64,000 nt of DNA from an uncultured beta proteobacterium. Lineage in GTDB: Bacteria > Pseudomonadota > Gammaproteobacteria > Burkholderiales > Burkholderiaceae_F. Within the stretch, counting starts at the first letter, position 1. Every line of letters begins with the position of its first letter. Below are positions 10,661 to 25,222 of the stretch, in pieces. The notes under the pieces were generated by a model that was given only the letters and a program-made list of their open reading frames with translations, had not been told where the DNA came from and searched no databases. The position numbers and the translations under genes were made by a program. Location of the stretch: positions 72,339 to 136,338 of the forward strand of contig CAVZJO010000002.1 in assembly GCA_963775635.1 (NCBI GenBank), given 5' to 3'.

Positions 10661-11529
10661 TCGGTAGCGAAGCGACGAATACGCAGCCCGCGCGGCGCAA
10701 TCAAGTCGCTGGCTGCGTTTAGGTCCTCAGCAACTCGTTGATGCTGGTCTTGGCCCGCGTGCGTCGCATCGACCTTCTTGACAATGACCGCGCAATACAG
10801 ATTGCACTCGCGCGACGGCAGAGAGCCGGCTACTACGACCGAGCCGGCCGGGACGCGGCCGTACAGGATCTCACCGGTCTCGCGGTTGAAGATCTTGGTG
10901 CTCTGACCGATGAACACCCCCATGCCGAGCACCGCGTTTTCTTCGACTATCACGCCCTCGACGACCTCCGAACGGGCGCCGATGAAGCAGTTGTCCTCGA
11001 TGATCGTCGGATTGGCCTGCACCGGTTCCAGCACGCCGCCGATGCCGACGCCACCGGACAAATGCACGTTCTTGCCGATCTGAGCGCAGGAGCCGACGGT
11101 GGCCCAAGTGTCGACCATTGTTCCTTCATCGACATACGCGCCGATGTTGACGTAGGAGGGCATCAGTACCACGTTCTTCGCGATATAGCTGCCACGGCGT
11201 GCAACCGCGGGCGGCACGACGCGCACGCCGGTAGCACGCATGTGCTCGGCATCCAAGTGCGAGAACTTCGTCTCGACCTTGTCGTAGAAGCCGAGCTCGC
11301 CGGCATGGATCGACCGGTTGTCGTTGAGCCGGAACGACAGCAGCACTGCCTTCTTCAGCCACTGGTTCGTGACCCACGAGCCGGTGCGTTTTTCGGCGAC
11401 CCGCGCGCGTCCCGCGTTGAGGTCAGCGATCGCCCGCTCGACCGCGTCGCGTATCGACGCGTCTGCCGTCTCGGGCGACAGGGCGGCGCGGTTCTCCCAG
11501 GCGTCGTTGATGGTCTGCTCAATTGACAT
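10612..11529 (-). CDS. dapD: 2,3,4,5-tetrahydropyridine-2,6-dicarboxylate N-succinyltransferase (3' end frame-disrupted)
   Basis: Hexapeptide-repeat transferase with a typical DapD N-terminus. After ...AVIVKKVDA the canonical tail [14 protein letters not shown] lies in the +1 frame and ends at 10719. The frame as written reads on into the palindromic repeat and stops at 10612. Confidence 0.8.
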   Translation of the reverse strand: MSIEQTINDAWENRAALSPETADASIRDAVERAIADLNAGRARVAEKRTGSWVTNQWLKKAVLLSFRLNDNRSIHAGELGFYDKVETKFSHLDAEHMRATGVRVVPPAVARRGSYIAKNVVLMPSYVNIGAYVDEGTMVDTWATVGSCAQIGKNVHLSGGVGIGGVLEPVQANPTIIEDNCFIGARSEVVEGVIVEENAVLGMGVFIGQSTKIFNRETGEILYGRVPAGSVVVAGSLPSRECNLYCAVIVKKVDATHAGQDQHQRVAEDLNAASDLIAPRGLRIRRFATDADGAGRLLSLSYQRK

Positions 11530-11544
11530 GGCGAGGTTCCAAGC

Positions 11545-12729
11545 TCAGGGTTGAAAGGAGGCGATGCGTTCGGCCGCCAGGGCGACCTCGTCTGGTGAGG
11601 CGACCAGCGCGATGCGGACGTGACCGGTACCCGGATTGCGACCGTCGACCTCGCGCGACAGGTAACTGCCGGGCAACACGGTGACGTTCTTGGCGGCGTA
11701 CAGCCGCCGCGCATACTCGGCGTCGTCGATCGGCGTGCGTGCCCACAGGTAGAACGCGGCGTCCGGAATCGCGCACTTGAGCTGCCGTGAGACGACCGGC
11801 GTGGCCTGCGCGAACTTCTGCGCGTACAGCCGTCGGTTCTCGACCACATGCGCCTCATCCTGCCACGCCGCGATACTGGCTGCCTGAACCGGGGGGCTCA
11901 TCGCGGTGCCGTGATAAGTCCGGTACAGCAGAAACTTGCGCAGCACGTCGGCATCGCCGGCGACAAACCCCGAGCGCATGCCGGGGACGTTCGAGCGCTT
12001 CGACAGGCTGGAAAACATGACGACGCGGCGGTAGCGCTCGTGGCCAAGCTGCGCCGCGGCGGCAAGCGCGCCGAGCGGTGGTGCGGACTCGTCGAAATAC
12101 ACCTCCGAATAGCACTCGTCGGAGGCGATGATGAAGTCATGGCGGTCGGCCAGTTCGAACAAACGCGCCCACTCGGCCAGTGTCATCACACGGCCGGTCG
12201 GATTGCCGGGCGAGCAGACGTAAACGAGCTGAACGCTGTTCCAGTCGGCCGCCGAGAGGCGCTCGAACTCCATTTTGTAACCGTTCTCGCGCGTGCTCGG
12301 CAGATAGACGGGCTGCGCGCCCGCGAGCAGTGCTGCGCCTTCATAGATCTGGTAGAAGGGATTGGGCGATACGACGAGTGCACGGCGAGTCCGATCGACA
12401 ACAGCCTGGGCAAACGCGAACAGCGCCTCGCGCGAACCAGCGACCGGTACTACCTCGCTCGCCGCGTCGAGCCGCGGCAGGCAGTAGCGCCGACATGCCC
12501 ACGCCGCGATCGCCTCGCGCAGGGCCGGCACCCCGGCGGTCAGCGGATAATTCGACACACTCGGCAGCGCCTTGGCATAGGCGTCCAGAATGAAGGAGGG
12601 CGTCGGATGTCTCGGCTCGCCGATCGACAAATTGATCGGCGCGAGATCGAGGGGAGGTGTCGACCCGGCCAGCAGTTGACGCAAACGTTCGAACGGGTAG
12701 GGATGCAGCCGGTCGAGGTCCGGGTTCAT
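11545..12729 (-). CDS. dapC: succinyldiaminopimelate transaminase (class I/II aminotransferase)
   Basis: Start is [16 protein letters not shown] at ATG 12727-12729. PLP-lysine motif [15 protein letters not shown]. It sits beside dapD. Confidence 0.75.
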   Translation of the reverse strand: MNPDLDRLHPYPFERLRQLLAGSTPPLDLAPINLSIGEPRHPTPSFILDAYAKALPSVSNYPLTAGVPALREAIAAWACRRYCLPRLDAASEVVPVAGSREALFAFAQAVVDRTRRALVVSPNPFYQIYEGAALLAGAQPVYLPSTRENGYKMEFERLSAADWNSVQLVYVCSPGNPTGRVMTLAEWARLFELADRHDFIIASDECYSEVYFDESAPPLGALAAAAQLGHERYRRVVMFSSLSKRSNVPGMRSGFVAGDADVLRKFLLYRTYHGTAMSPPVQAASIAAWQDEAHVVENRRLYAQKFAQATPVVSRQLKCAIPDAAFYLWARTPIDDAEYARRLYAAKNVTVLPGSYLSREVDGRNPGTGHVRIALVASPDEVALAAERIASFQP

Positions 12730-13157
12730 GATGGCTCTACGCGCGTCGGCGCGCCCTCGACGCCCGGCCGGACCAGCTCGATAGGCGGCTGGGGCTTCCA
12801 GCCTTTCTTGCGATGCTCGGCGATCACGGTCGTAAAGAGTCCGCCGCGTACATACCACCGCGCAGTCAGCCGGACAAAACGTGGTGCGAGCGCCTTGACC
12901 AGATCGTCGAGGATCCGGTTGGTCACCGCCTCGTGAAATGCGCCTTCATTGCGAAACGACCACACGTAGAGCTTGAGCGACTTGAGTTCAACGTTGCGTT
13001 TGTCCGGGACGTAGTCCAGCAGCAGGGTGGCGAAGTCGGGCTGCCCGGTCAGCGGACATAGGCAGGTGAACTCCGGGATCTCGATGTGGACGAGGTAGTC
13101 CCGCTGCCGCGCCGGATTGGCGAACGTCTCGAGCGTCTTGCTGGGGCGGGTGGCCAT
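12726..13157 (-). CDS. queF: NADPH-dependent 7-cyano-7-deazaguanine reductase, unimodular (type I)
   Basis: Start is [12 protein letters not shown] at ATG 13155-13157. Catalytic Cys motif [12 protein letters not shown] and QueF motif [17 protein letters not shown] overlap with the dapC start. Confidence 0.8.
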   Translation of the reverse strand: MATRPSKTLETFANPARQRDYLVHIEIPEFTCLCPLTGQPDFATLLLDYVPDKRNVELKSLKLYVWSFRNEGAFHEAVTNRILDDLVKALAPRFVRLTARWYVRGGLFTTVIAEHRKKGWKPQPPIELVRPGVEGAPTRVEPS

Positions 13158-13336
13158 GGTCGCGGCTAGGGCCTGATGGTCGGTGCGCGTAGGCGATTGA
13201 CAATGCGGCCGCGGCGAGGAAATGTGCGCTGTTATTATACGAATGCAATCATTCATCCCCTCGCGCATCGTCGAGCCGTCGGCGGCCCGATCCGCGTCCG
13301 GGGCGTTTCCCCACCAGTTTCCCGTCCCATTACAAC

Positions 13337-16300
13337 GTGCGTCTACGGCAGATCAAGCTCGCCGGGTTCAAGTCGTTCATTGATCCGACTCCGATCGATG
13401 TCCCCGGCAGCCTCGTCGGTGTTGTCGGCCCCAACGGCTGTGGCAAGTCCAATGTCATCGATGCGGTGCGCTGGGTGCTCGGCGAGAGCAAGGCCGCCGA
13501 ACTCCGTGGCGAGTCGATGCAGGACGTCATTTTCAACGGATCGGTCAACCGCAAGCCGGCCGGCCGCGCCAGCGTCGAACTGGTTTTCGACAACGCCGAA
13601 GGACGGATCGGCGGCGCCTGGGCCCAGTATTCGGAGATCTCGGTCAAGCGCGTTCTGACCCGCGACGGAACGTCGGCCTATTCGATCAACAACCAGATCG
13701 TGCGCCGGCGCGACGTGCACGACATGTTCCTGGGCACCGGCCTGGGTCCGCGCGCGTACGCGATCATCGGCCAGGGAATGATCTCCCGCATCGTCGAGGC
13801 GCGGCCCGAAGAGCTTCGGGTGTTCCTCGAGGAGGCCGCCGGGATCTCGAAGTACAAGGAGCGGCGCCGCGAAACGGAAAACCGGCTGGCCGACACGCGA
13901 GACAACCTCATTCGCGTCGAAGACATCCTGCGCGAACTCGACGGCCAGATCAGTCGGCTCGAGCAGCAGGCCGAAGTCGCGGGGCGTTACCGCGACCTGC
14001 AGGCCGCGCACGACGAACAGCAGCAGCTGCTGTGGCTGTCGCGACGGCGCGAAGCCGAGGCTGAGCGCGACAAGGCGGCGCGCGACATCGAAGCGCGCAC
14101 AACTTCGCTGGAAGGCCATGTGGCCGAGTTGCGGGCTACCGAGCGCGCTCTGGAAGACGTGCGGTCCGCCCACTACGCGGCCAGCGACTCCGTGCATGAC
14201 GCGCAGGGCGCGCTGCTGCAGGTCAACGCCGAAGTAGCGCGGCTGGAGTCCGAGATCCGCATGATCGTCGAAGGTCGCAACCGACTGCAGGCGCAAATCG
14301 AGACGCTGAAGTCGACGCGGACGCGTCGGCTCGACGAGCGGACAGAACTGCTGGCGCGTGGTACGTCGCTCGCGCAGCAGATCGAGGACGCGACGCTGAG
14401 GTTGGCAGAGTCGCAGGCGGGCTGCGCGGAGCATGCAGCGACAATCCCCGCCCTCGAAGAGGCGTATCAGATTGCGCGCGAAGCGATGACGTCGGCGCGC
14501 GCCGAGGCGGCGATCTCGGAGCAGGCGATCGAGGCGGCCGGGGTCGAACAGCGCAGCGCAGACCGGCAGCTGGCGGTACTGCAGCAGCGCCGCGAACGGC
14601 TGGCCGAGGAACAGGCGTCGATCGGCTCGCCCGATGAAGAGCGGCTGGCCGCGCTACGCGAGCAGGTCGCATCACTCGAACGCGAGCTGGCCGAGCGCAC
14701 GTCGAAGCATGCCGAATCCGAACGCCATGTCGAAGAGACGACCGCGCGGCGCCAGCAGCAATCCGACGAACGCGCGAACGAGCAGGAGGCCTTGACTCGG
14801 CTCGAGGCGCGGCTGGCGGCGTTGCGCCAGGTGCAGGCCAGCGTCGAGGCCGATACACGGCTCGATCCCTGGCTCGCCTCGCAAGGGCTCGCAAGCCTGC
14901 CGCGGTTGTTCCGACGCCTGAGTGTCGAGCACGGATGGGAAACCGCGTTCGAGGCGGTGCTGCGCGAGCGCATCGAAAGCGTGGAAGTCGGTCGGCTCGA
15001 CAGCGTGGGTGGACTGGTCGCGACCACGCCGCCGGCGCGGGTTGCGTTCTATTCGCCGTCCGGTGCCGTCGCGCGCGAAGGCGGTCACATGCCCGGCTTC
15101 GACAGGCTGTCCGACCGCGTCCAGGGGCACGATGCTGCGCTCGCGGCGGTGCTTGCGGACTGGCTTGCCAATGTATTTGTTGCGCCCGACGTCGCCGGCG
15201 CGCTGGCTGCCCGCGAGCAGTTGCCGGTCGGCGGCCAGTTCGTCGTCAAGGAAGGTCACCTTGTCTCGCGCTACGGCGTACGTTTCTTCGCGGCCGACGA
15301 CGAGAAATCCGGCCTGCTGGCGCGGCGCCTGGAGATCGACAACCTCGACAAGGAAATCCGTGCGCAGCGGCTGATCGTCGATGAGCGCATCGTCAGCCTG
15401 ACGCGCACCGAGACCGGACTGCGCGAAGCGCAGGAGCAACTCGCCGCCGAGCGGCGCGAAGGCGAACGCGCGCGCACCGCGTTGCACGCGGCGCAGCTGG
15501 AGGCGGTGCGCCTGGGTGAGCTGATCGAGCGGGTGCGGCACAGGAGCGGGCAGATCGGCGCGGAACTGGCCGAGATCGAGTCACACGAATCCGAACTGCG
15601 CGCGACGCGCACCGAGGCGGACGGCCGCTTCGAGCTGCTCGACGGTGAACTCGCGACGCGGCAGGAGGCGGTGGAGGCTGCTCGCGTGCGCTACGAGCAG
15701 GCCGATCAGGCGCTGCGGGCGGCGCGCGATCAGCAGCGGGCACTCGAGTCGGCGCATCAGCAGACAGAGTTTGCCCTGACCTCAAGTCGTGAGCGCGAGC
15801 GCGACGTGACTCACGCGGCACAACTGGCGGCGGAGGATGGCGACCGCCTGCAGGTTGACATCGCAGCATCGGAGGCCGAACTGCAGCAGCTCGACGATGG
15901 TGCCGCTCGCGCCGGGCTCGAGGGACTGCTGGGTCGCCGCACCACGGCGGAGGACGGCTTAAGACAGGCGCGCAGCCGCCTCGATGAATTGGCTCAACAA
16001 TTGCGTTCGACCGACGAGAAGCGTGTGGTGCTCGAACGCGAGGTCGAGCCACGCCGCCAGAAGATCACGGAGCTCCAGTTGAAGGAGCAGGCCGCACGGC
16101 TGGCCGTCGAGCAGTATGCCGGACAACTGGCGGAAGCCGGCGCCGACGAAGTGGCGCTCAGCGGCAAGCTCACCTCGCAGATGCGCGCAGCGGCACTGCA
16201 GGCCGAGATTGCCCGCCTGTCGCAGGAGATCGAGTCGCTGGGCGCGGTCAATCTCGCCGCGCTCGATGAGTTGGAAGGCTCGCGCGAACGCAAGGCCTTC

Positions 16301-16858
16301 CTCGATGCGCAGTCGGCCGACCTGAAGGCGGCGATCAGTACGCTGGAGGACGCGATCCGCAAGATTGATCGCGAGTCCCGCGAACTGTTGCAGCAGACCT
16401 TCGACCAGGTCAACGCGCATTTCGGCCAGCTGTTCCCGCGGCTGTTCGGCGGTGGCGAGGCGCGGCTCAACATGACCGGTGAGGAGATCCTCGACGCCGG
16501 CGTTCAGGTCATGGCGCAACCGCCGGGCAAGCGCAACAGCACGATTCACCTGTTGTCGGGCGGCGAGAAGGCGCTGACGGCCACCGCGCTGGTATTCGCG
16601 CTCTTCAAGCTGAACCCGGCACCGTTTTGCCTGCTCGACGAGGTCGATGCGCCGCTCGACGACGCGAACACCGAACGGTTCTGCAGCCTGGTCGAGTCGA
16701 TGACCGAAAATACGCAGTTCCTGTTCATCACCCACAACAAAATTGCGATGGAGATGGCGCAGCAGCTGATCGGCGTGACGATGCAGGAGCAGGGGGTGTC
16801 GCGCATCGTCGCGGTCGACATCGAAGGCGCCGTGAGGCTCACCGCGGAAGCGGCCTAG
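13337..16858 (+). CDS. smc: chromosome segregation protein SMC
   Basis: 1173 aa with a GTG start. N-terminal Walker A (GPNGCGKSN), long coiled coils, and C-terminal signature [10 protein letters not shown] with Walker B ([12 protein letters not shown]). Confidence 0.9.
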   Translation: MRLRQIKLAGFKSFIDPTPIDVPGSLVGVVGPNGCGKSNVIDAVRWVLGESKAAELRGESMQDVIFNGSVNRKPAGRASVELVFDNAEGRIGGAWAQYSEISVKRVLTRDGTSAYSINNQIVRRRDVHDMFLGTGLGPRAYAIIGQGMISRIVEARPEELRVFLEEAAGISKYKERRRETENRLADTRDNLIRVEDILRELDGQISRLEQQAEVAGRYRDLQAAHDEQQQLLWLSRRREAEAERDKAARDIEARTTSLEGHVAELRATERALEDVRSAHYAASDSVHDAQGALLQVNAEVARLESEIRMIVEGRNRLQAQIETLKSTRTRRLDERTELLARGTSLAQQIEDATLRLAESQAGCAEHAATIPALEEAYQIAREAMTSARAEAAISEQAIEAAGVEQRSADRQLAVLQQRRERLAEEQASIGSPDEERLAALREQVASLERELAERTSKHAESERHVEETTARRQQQSDERANEQEALTRLEARLAALRQVQASVEADTRLDPWLASQGLASLPRLFRRLSVEHGWETAFEAVLRERIESVEVGRLDSVGGLVATTPPARVAFYSPSGAVAREGGHMPGFDRLSDRVQGHDAALAAVLADWLANVFVAPDVAGALAAREQLPVGGQFVVKEGHLVSRYGVRFFAADDEKSGLLARRLEIDNLDKEIRAQRLIVDERIVSLTRTETGLREAQEQLAAERREGERARTALHAAQLEAVRLGELIERVRHRSGQIGAELAEIESHESELRATRTEADGRFELLDGELATRQEAVEAARVRYEQADQALRAARDQQRALESAHQQTEFALTSSRERERDVTHAAQLAAEDGDRLQVDIAASEAELQQLDDGAARAGLEGLLGRRTTAEDGLRQARSRLDELAQQLRSTDEKRVVLEREVEPRRQKITELQLKEQAARLAVEQYAGQLAEAGADEVALSGKLTSQMRAAALQAEIARLSQEIESLGAVNLAALDELEGSRERKAFLDAQSADLKAAISTLEDAIRKIDRESRELLQQTFDQVNAHFGQLFPRLFGGGEARLNMTGEEILDAGVQVMAQPPGKRNSTIHLLSGGEKALTATALVFALFKLNPAPFCLLDEVDAPLDDANTERFCSLVESMTENTQFLFITHNKIAMEMAQQLIGVTMQEQGVSRIVAVDIEGAVRLTAEAA

Positions 16859-16865
16859 AACTTCG

Positions 16866-20077
<3,212 letters not shown>

Positions 20078-20079
<2 letters not shown>

Positions 20080-20230
20080 AACCTATCTCAGAGTCTCCGA
20101 TGGATCGCGTTGCCACGAGAATCGGGCGGATGCAAGGCGGCTGGCGAAGGACAGTAGCCGAGCCTACGGCCGAGCCAGCCAACGCCGCAGACGCCCGGCA
20201 GGGACCACCGGGGACTTTGAGATAGGTTCT
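20078..20230. repeat. ~150-bp imperfect palindromic element filling the whole ligA-mtnP spacer
   Basis: Terminal inverted repeats AGAACCTATCTCAGAGTC (20078-20095) and GACTTTGAGATAGGTTCT (20213-20230) match at 17 of 18 positions. The inner arms also pair (GTCTCCGATGGATC versus the reverse complement GTCCCCGGTGGTCC; CGGGCGGATGCAAGGCGGCTGGC versus CGGGCGTCTGCGGCGTTGGCTGGC). Confidence 0.65.
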
Positions 20231-20231
20231 T

Positions 20232-20975
20232 ATGTACGCGATCATCGGCGGAAGCGGCCTGGCAAGACTGTCGGCCCTGGAGAACCCACGGCGGCAGGTG
20301 ATGCGCACGCCATACGGCGAGCCGTCCGGCGCGCTGACATTCGGCCGCTTCGCCGATGCCGACGTCGTGTTCCTCGCGCGCCACGGCTATGGCCATACGC
20401 TGGCGCCGCACGAGATCAATTACCGCGCCAACCTCTGGGCCCTGCGCGAGCTGAAGGTCGAAGGCGTGGTGTCGGTCACCACCGTCGGAGGCATTCGGGC
20501 CGACCTCGGGCCGGGCACACTGGTGCTCCCGGATCAGATCATCGACTACACGCACAGTCGCAAGTCGACCTATTTCGAAGGCTTCGAGATGCCGGTGATC
20601 CATGTCGACTTCACCGAGCCTTACACACCGGCGCTGCGCGCCCGCCTGCTGGCCGCGGCGCGATCGTGCGGCGAACCAGTCGTGGACGGCGGCGTATATG
20701 CCTGCACCCAGGGCCCGCGACTGGAAACGGCGGCCGAAATCGAGCGTATCGCGCGCGATGGCGGCGACATGGTCGGCATGACCGGCATGCCAGAGGCCGG
20801 GTTGGCGCGCGAAGCGGAGCTGGCCTATGCGACGCTGGCGGTGGTCGTGAACCATGCCGCCGGACGCGGTGACAGCCTGCACAGCATCAAGCTCGAGGAG
20901 CTCGACAGCGTGATGCGCGCGACGATGACGCGCGCGGTGCGGATCCTCACCGCGTTCTTCGGAGCGCCCACGTGA
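20232..20975 (+). CDS. mtnP: S-methyl-5'-thioadenosine/thioinosine phosphorylase (PNP family)
   Basis: 247 aa. N-terminus is AIIGGSGL. Motifs FLARHG, THE-like HEINYRAN and GMTGMPEA are typical of the MTAP/MTIP family. Confidence 0.75.
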   Translation: MYAIIGGSGLARLSALENPRRQVMRTPYGEPSGALTFGRFADADVVFLARHGYGHTLAPHEINYRANLWALRELKVEGVVSVTTVGGIRADLGPGTLVLPDQIIDYTHSRKSTYFEGFEMPVIHVDFTEPYTPALRARLLAAARSCGEPVVDGGVYACTQGPRLETAAEIERIARDGGDMVGMTGMPEAGLAREAELAYATLAVVVNHAAGRGDSLHSIKLEELDSVMRATMTRAVRILTAFFGAPT

Positions 20976-21517
20976 TCCGGCCGATTCTGCGCATGGGCGA
21001 CCCGCGGCTGCTGCAGGTTTCGGCGCCGGTGTGCGCATTCGGCACCGTCGAGCTGCGCACGCTGGTCGCCGACATGTTCGACACGATGCACGCGGCGAAC
21101 GGTGCGGGCCTGGCCGCTCCGCAGATCGGCGTGCCGCTGCGGGTCGTCATCTTCGGATACGCCGACCCGGCGATGCGCAATCCGCGCTACCCGGATGCCG
21201 ACCCAGTGCCGCAGACGATCCTGCTGAATCCCGAGATCGAAGCCCTGTCCGACGCGATGGAAGCCGGGTGGGAGGGCTGCCTGTCAGTGCCGGGACTGCG
21301 GGGCGTCGTCAACCGGTATGCGCAACTGCGCTATCGTGGCTTCGATCTCGAGGGCCGCCCGATCGAACGGAGGGTCGAAGGTTTCCATGCCCGCGTGGTA
21401 CAGCACGAGTGCGACCACCTCGACGGCATCCTGTACCCGATGCGGGTGACCGACTTTTCGCAGTTCGGCTACACCGACGTGCTCTTCCCCGATCAGCCCG
21501 AACGGCCCGACGAGTGA
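20972..21517 (+). CDS. def: peptide deformylase
   Basis: Motifs [18 protein letters not shown] and QHECDHLDG. The GTG start overlaps the mtnP stop as GTGA. Confidence 0.9.
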   Translation: MIRPILRMGDPRLLQVSAPVCAFGTVELRTLVADMFDTMHAANGAGLAAPQIGVPLRVVIFGYADPAMRNPRYPDADPVPQTILLNPEIEALSDAMEAGWEGCLSVPGLRGVVNRYAQLRYRGFDLEGRPIERRVEGFHARVVQHECDHLDGILYPMRVTDFSQFGYTDVLFPDQPERPDE

Positions 21518-21535
21518 AACTCGGCGGCTTGCCGC

Positions 21536-24091
21536 TCAAGGTGCCAGCGCCTCCAGCAGGTCCTTCTCGACTTCGAGCTGTCCACGCGACTTGTCGAGTT
21601 CAGCACCTGAAATCAGGAAGACATCCTCCGCGCGCTCGCCAAGCGTCAACACCTTGGCGGTGTGCACGTTGAGCTGATGCTCGGCAAGCACACGGGCGAT
21701 CGAATACAGCAGTCCCAGCCGGTCGGTCGCAGTGACCTGCAGCAGATAGCGCGAACCGCGTTCATCGGGCTGCAGGTGCACCGCCGGAGTCACCGGAAAG
21801 TGACGCGACTGGCGCGACATGCGTCCCTTCACCGGAGCAGGCAGTTCGTGCCGGGTTGCGATCCATTCGGCCAGCTCGTACTCGATCTGCGCAAGCAGTT
21901 CGCGGTAATGTGGCGAACGGCCGTGGTCGGTCACCAGGAAGGTGTCGAGTGCGTAGTTATTGCGCGTCGTGTGGATGCGAGCATCGAGGATGCTGAGGTT
22001 GCGGCTGTCGAAGTAACCGCAGACACGGGCGAAAAGCGCCTTCTGGTCGCGCACGTAGATCAGCACTTCGGCGCCTTCGCCGATGCGCGCCAGCCGGGCC
22101 CGCACGACCGGCCTTTCAGTGTTGACGCGCGAGTAGAGGGACCGCGTGTGCCAGGCAATGTCCTGCGCACTGTGCCGCAGGAAGTAGACCACGTCGAGCT
22201 GCTGCCACAGCTCGGTGCGTGCGCTGTCCGGCAGGCCGTAGAGCCGCAGGATCCGCAGCGCCTCTTCCTTGCGGCCATCCAGCACCGCGGTCGGAGCGAC
22301 GCTGCCGCCCGACAGCAGCCGGCGGGTCAAACGGAACAGGTCTTCGAGCAGCTTGCCCTTCCAGGCGTTCCAGACCTTCGGACTGGTGCCGCGGATGTCG
22401 GCGACCGTCAGCAGGTAGAGGGCAGCCAGGCGGCGTTCGTTCTGCACGAGATCCGCGAAGCGCCGAACCACCGTCTCGTCGGCCATGTCCTGCTTCTGCG
22501 CGACCTGCGACATCGACAGGTGATGCTCGACTAGAAAGGCGACCAGCTGGGTGTCGTCGCGGGACAGTCCGTGGTCGCGGCAGAAGCGTCGCGCATCGCG
22601 CGCACCGAGCAGGCTGTGATCGCCGCCTCGACCCTTCGCGATGTCGTGAAACAGCGCCGCGATGTACAGCAGCCACGGCTTGTCGAAGTCGGTGATCAGT
22701 TGGCTGCACAGCGGATACTCGTGTGCATGCTCGGCGAGCGAAAATCGCCGCAGGTTGCGCAGCACCTGCAGGATGTGCTGGTCGACGGTGTAGACGTGGA
22801 ACAGGTCGTGCTGCATCTGTCCGACGATGCGGCGAAATACCGGTAGGTAGCGCCCCAGCACCGATAGCTGGTTCATGCGGCGCACTTCGTGCAGCACGCC
22901 CCTCGGCTGCTGCAAAATCGCCAGAAACGTCGCGCGGTTGGACGGGTCGCGCCGATACGCCGGTCCGATCCTCACGCGCGCGTGCCACAGGGCGCGCATC
23001 AACGGCGCCGACATGCCGCGCAGCTCCTGATGCTCGGCCATCAGCAGGAACGCGCGCAGGATCCCGTTCGGATCAGAATCGAGCGCGTCGGGCGACCGCA
23101 GGTCGAGCAGCTCGCTGCGGGCGACGAAGGTGCCGTCGAGCTCACGCGACGGCTCGTCGGCCGTATGAAACAGCCGCAGTTCGATGTTCTGCAGCACGAT
23201 AGTGTTCATCTGGGTCACCGCCTTGGCGGCCCAGTAATAGCGCTGCATCAGCACCTCGCTGGCGCGCCGCGCCACGGTTGCGTGGAATCCGACGCGCTGC
23301 GCCACCAGCTGCTGAACGTCGAACACAAGGCGGTCCTCGCGCCGCCCGGTGATCAGATGCAGCCAAGCACGGATCTGCTGCAGGCGTCGCTCGCTCAGCC
23401 GAATCAGCCGGGCTTCCTCGGTCGTGATCAACCCGCGCCGCGCCAGTTCGCTCCAGCGGGTCCCGTAGCCGGTGGCGCGCGCGATCCACAGCAGGACGTG
23501 AAGGTCGCGCAAGCCGCCAGGACTTTCCTTGACGTTGGGCTCGAGGCTGTAGGGCGACTCGTTGTACTTGGTGTAGCGCTGGCGCTGCTCGAGCACCTTG
23601 GCCTGGAAGTACGCGGGACGATCGAGCACCCCGACAACGGCGCGCGATAACAGATCGAACAGTCGCTTCGGACCGGCGATCAGTCTCGATTCGAGCAACG
23701 CAGTCAGGACGGTAACGTCGCCGGCAGCCTCGAACTGGCACTGCTCAACCGTGCGCACACTGTGGCCCAGCGCGACGCCGAGGTCCCACAGCAGGCCGAT
23801 CAGATGTTCGATCTTGGAGCGCTCGACGTCGGTCGGCTCGTGCTCGATCAGGAACAGGACGTCGACATCAGAGTGGGGAAACAGTTCGCCGCGACCGTAC
23901 CCGCCCACGGCAACCAGCGCCATGATCTGGTCCAGTTCGCTGCTGCGGGCCAACTCGCGCAGCAGGCCGTCGACCGAGCGCGCAAGGCCCTTGAGCAACG
24001 CTTCGACCGGCCCACCTTGCTCGAAGCGGGCGATCAGGGCCTCACGCTCCAGTCGCAGGCGGTCCCGCAGCTGGAAGCTGACGTCGTTCAT
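21536..24091 (-). CDS. glnD: [protein-PII] uridylyltransferase/uridylyl-removing enzyme
   Basis: 851 aa. NTase motif GGYGRGELFPHSDVDVLFL, an HD domain (LFHDIAKG) and two C-terminal ACT-like regions. Confidence 0.9.
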   Translation of the reverse strand: MNDVSFQLRDRLRLEREALIARFEQGGPVEALLKGLARSVDGLLRELARSSELDQIMALVAVGGYGRGELFPHSDVDVLFLIEHEPTDVERSKIEHLIGLLWDLGVALGHSVRTVEQCQFEAAGDVTVLTALLESRLIAGPKRLFDLLSRAVVGVLDRPAYFQAKVLEQRQRYTKYNESPYSLEPNVKESPGGLRDLHVLLWIARATGYGTRWSELARRGLITTEEARLIRLSERRLQQIRAWLHLITGRREDRLVFDVQQLVAQRVGFHATVARRASEVLMQRYYWAAKAVTQMNTIVLQNIELRLFHTADEPSRELDGTFVARSELLDLRSPDALDSDPNGILRAFLLMAEHQELRGMSAPLMRALWHARVRIGPAYRRDPSNRATFLAILQQPRGVLHEVRRMNQLSVLGRYLPVFRRIVGQMQHDLFHVYTVDQHILQVLRNLRRFSLAEHAHEYPLCSQLITDFDKPWLLYIAALFHDIAKGRGGDHSLLGARDARRFCRDHGLSRDDTQLVAFLVEHHLSMSQVAQKQDMADETVVRRFADLVQNERRLAALYLLTVADIRGTSPKVWNAWKGKLLEDLFRLTRRLLSGGSVAPTAVLDGRKEEALRILRLYGLPDSARTELWQQLDVVYFLRHSAQDIAWHTRSLYSRVNTERPVVRARLARIGEGAEVLIYVRDQKALFARVCGYFDSRNLSILDARIHTTRNNYALDTFLVTDHGRSPHYRELLAQIEYELAEWIATRHELPAPVKGRMSRQSRHFPVTPAVHLQPDERGSRYLLQVTATDRLGLLYSIARVLAEHQLNVHTAKVLTLGERAEDVFLISGAELDKSRGQLEVEKDLLEALAP

Positions 24092-24129
24092 CCGCGGTCG
24101 TTCATCCGTACAGGGTCTTTAGACAGGCC

Positions 24130-24972
24130 CTAGGCGGCGGCCGGCTCCGAGACGCTCGTGTCGCGCCAGCCACCGTCGACAAAGCGCGGCGGAGCCGGTG
24201 TCGCAGCCGATCGGGTCAGCACCTGATAGCCGGCGTCGGTCACCAGAATGGTGTGCTCCCACTGTGCCGACAGACTGTGGTCCTTGGTGACGATCGTCCA
24301 GCCGTCCGCCAGTTCCTTGATCTCACGCCGGCCGGCGTTGATCATAGGTTCGATCGTGAAGGTCATTCCGGCGACCAGTTTTTCCAGCGTGCCCGGTCGG
24401 CCGTAGTGCAGGATCTGCGGCTCCTCGTGGAACTTGCGCCCGATTCCATGGCCGCAGAACTCGCGCACGACGCTATAGCCGTGCCTTTCCGCGTGGGTCT
24501 GAATCGAGTGGCCGATATCGCCGATGGTCGTCCCGGGCCGCACCTGCTCAATGCCTAGCCACATGCAGTCGTAAGTGACTTCGCACAGGCGCCGCGCCGC
24601 GATCGACGGCTCGCCGACGTAGTACATCCGGCTGGTGTCGCCGTGATACCCGTCCTTGATCACCGTGACATCGATGTTGACGATGTCGCCGTTCTTTAGC
24701 ACACGATCGCCGGGGATGCCGTGGCAGACCTGATGGTTGACCGAAGTGCAGATCGCCTTCGGAAAGGGCCGGTAGCCCGGTGGAGCGTAATTCAGCGGCG
24801 CCGGCGCGGTGCCCTGGACGTCTGTCATGTAGGTGTGGCACAGACGATCGATTTCGCCAGTGGTCACCCCGGGCTTGACGAAGGGCGTGATGTAGTCGAG
24901 CACCTCGGCGGCAAGCCGGCCGGCGCGCCGCATCCCCGAAACATCGTCGGGCGACTTGATCACGATGGGCAT
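24130..24972 (-). CDS. map: type I methionine aminopeptidase
   Basis: 280 aa with the metal-ligand pattern of the MetAP fold (VCHGIP, DIVNIDVT, GHGIG, TIEP, WEHT). Confidence 0.9.
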   Translation of the reverse strand: MPIVIKSPDDVSGMRRAGRLAAEVLDYITPFVKPGVTTGEIDRLCHTYMTDVQGTAPAPLNYAPPGYRPFPKAICTSVNHQVCHGIPGDRVLKNGDIVNIDVTVIKDGYHGDTSRMYYVGEPSIAARRLCEVTYDCMWLGIEQVRPGTTIGDIGHSIQTHAERHGYSVVREFCGHGIGRKFHEEPQILHYGRPGTLEKLVAGMTFTIEPMINAGRREIKELADGWTIVTKDHSLSAQWEHTILVTDAGYQVLTRSAATPAPPRFVDGGWRDTSVSEPAAA

Positions 24973-24991
24973 GGCGGCTTCCGGGCGTTGC

Positions 24992-25021
24992 TTGAGCGAA
25001 GGTGTCGTAGGTGGCTATAAT
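24992..25021 (+). promoter_or_regulatory. candidate sigma70 promoter for rpsB-tsf (TTGAGC-18 nt-TATAAT)
   Basis: The -35 element TTGAGC is at 24992-24997 and the -10 element TATAAT at 25016-25021. The same AT palindrome reads TATTAT on the minus strand, 16 nt after TTCAAA, as a possible map promoter. Confidence 0.35.
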
Positions 25022-25222
25022 ATCGGGCTGCCTGGAGATTTGAAAATCAGCTTTGAAAATCAAAAACTTAGGTAGCGGCGCAGGCCAGTAGTTGTGTAAG
25101 CAAGCCGAGCCGACCGTAGTCAACAAATCGCGCGCACCGCCACCAAGGTGCGGCTGGGGTACCGCAAGGCAATCCCGGCCGCGTCGGCGACTGCGCAGGA
25201 CCCAACCTTGGAGAAAGTCGTC

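Noticed and set aside
10102-10700. ORFs inside the palindromic element (10102..10524 +, 10143..10700 -, 10190..10498 +) as possible small proteins.
   Set aside because: They exist on both strands because of the palindrome. They are low-complexity Arg/Ala/Pro-rich and have no start context.
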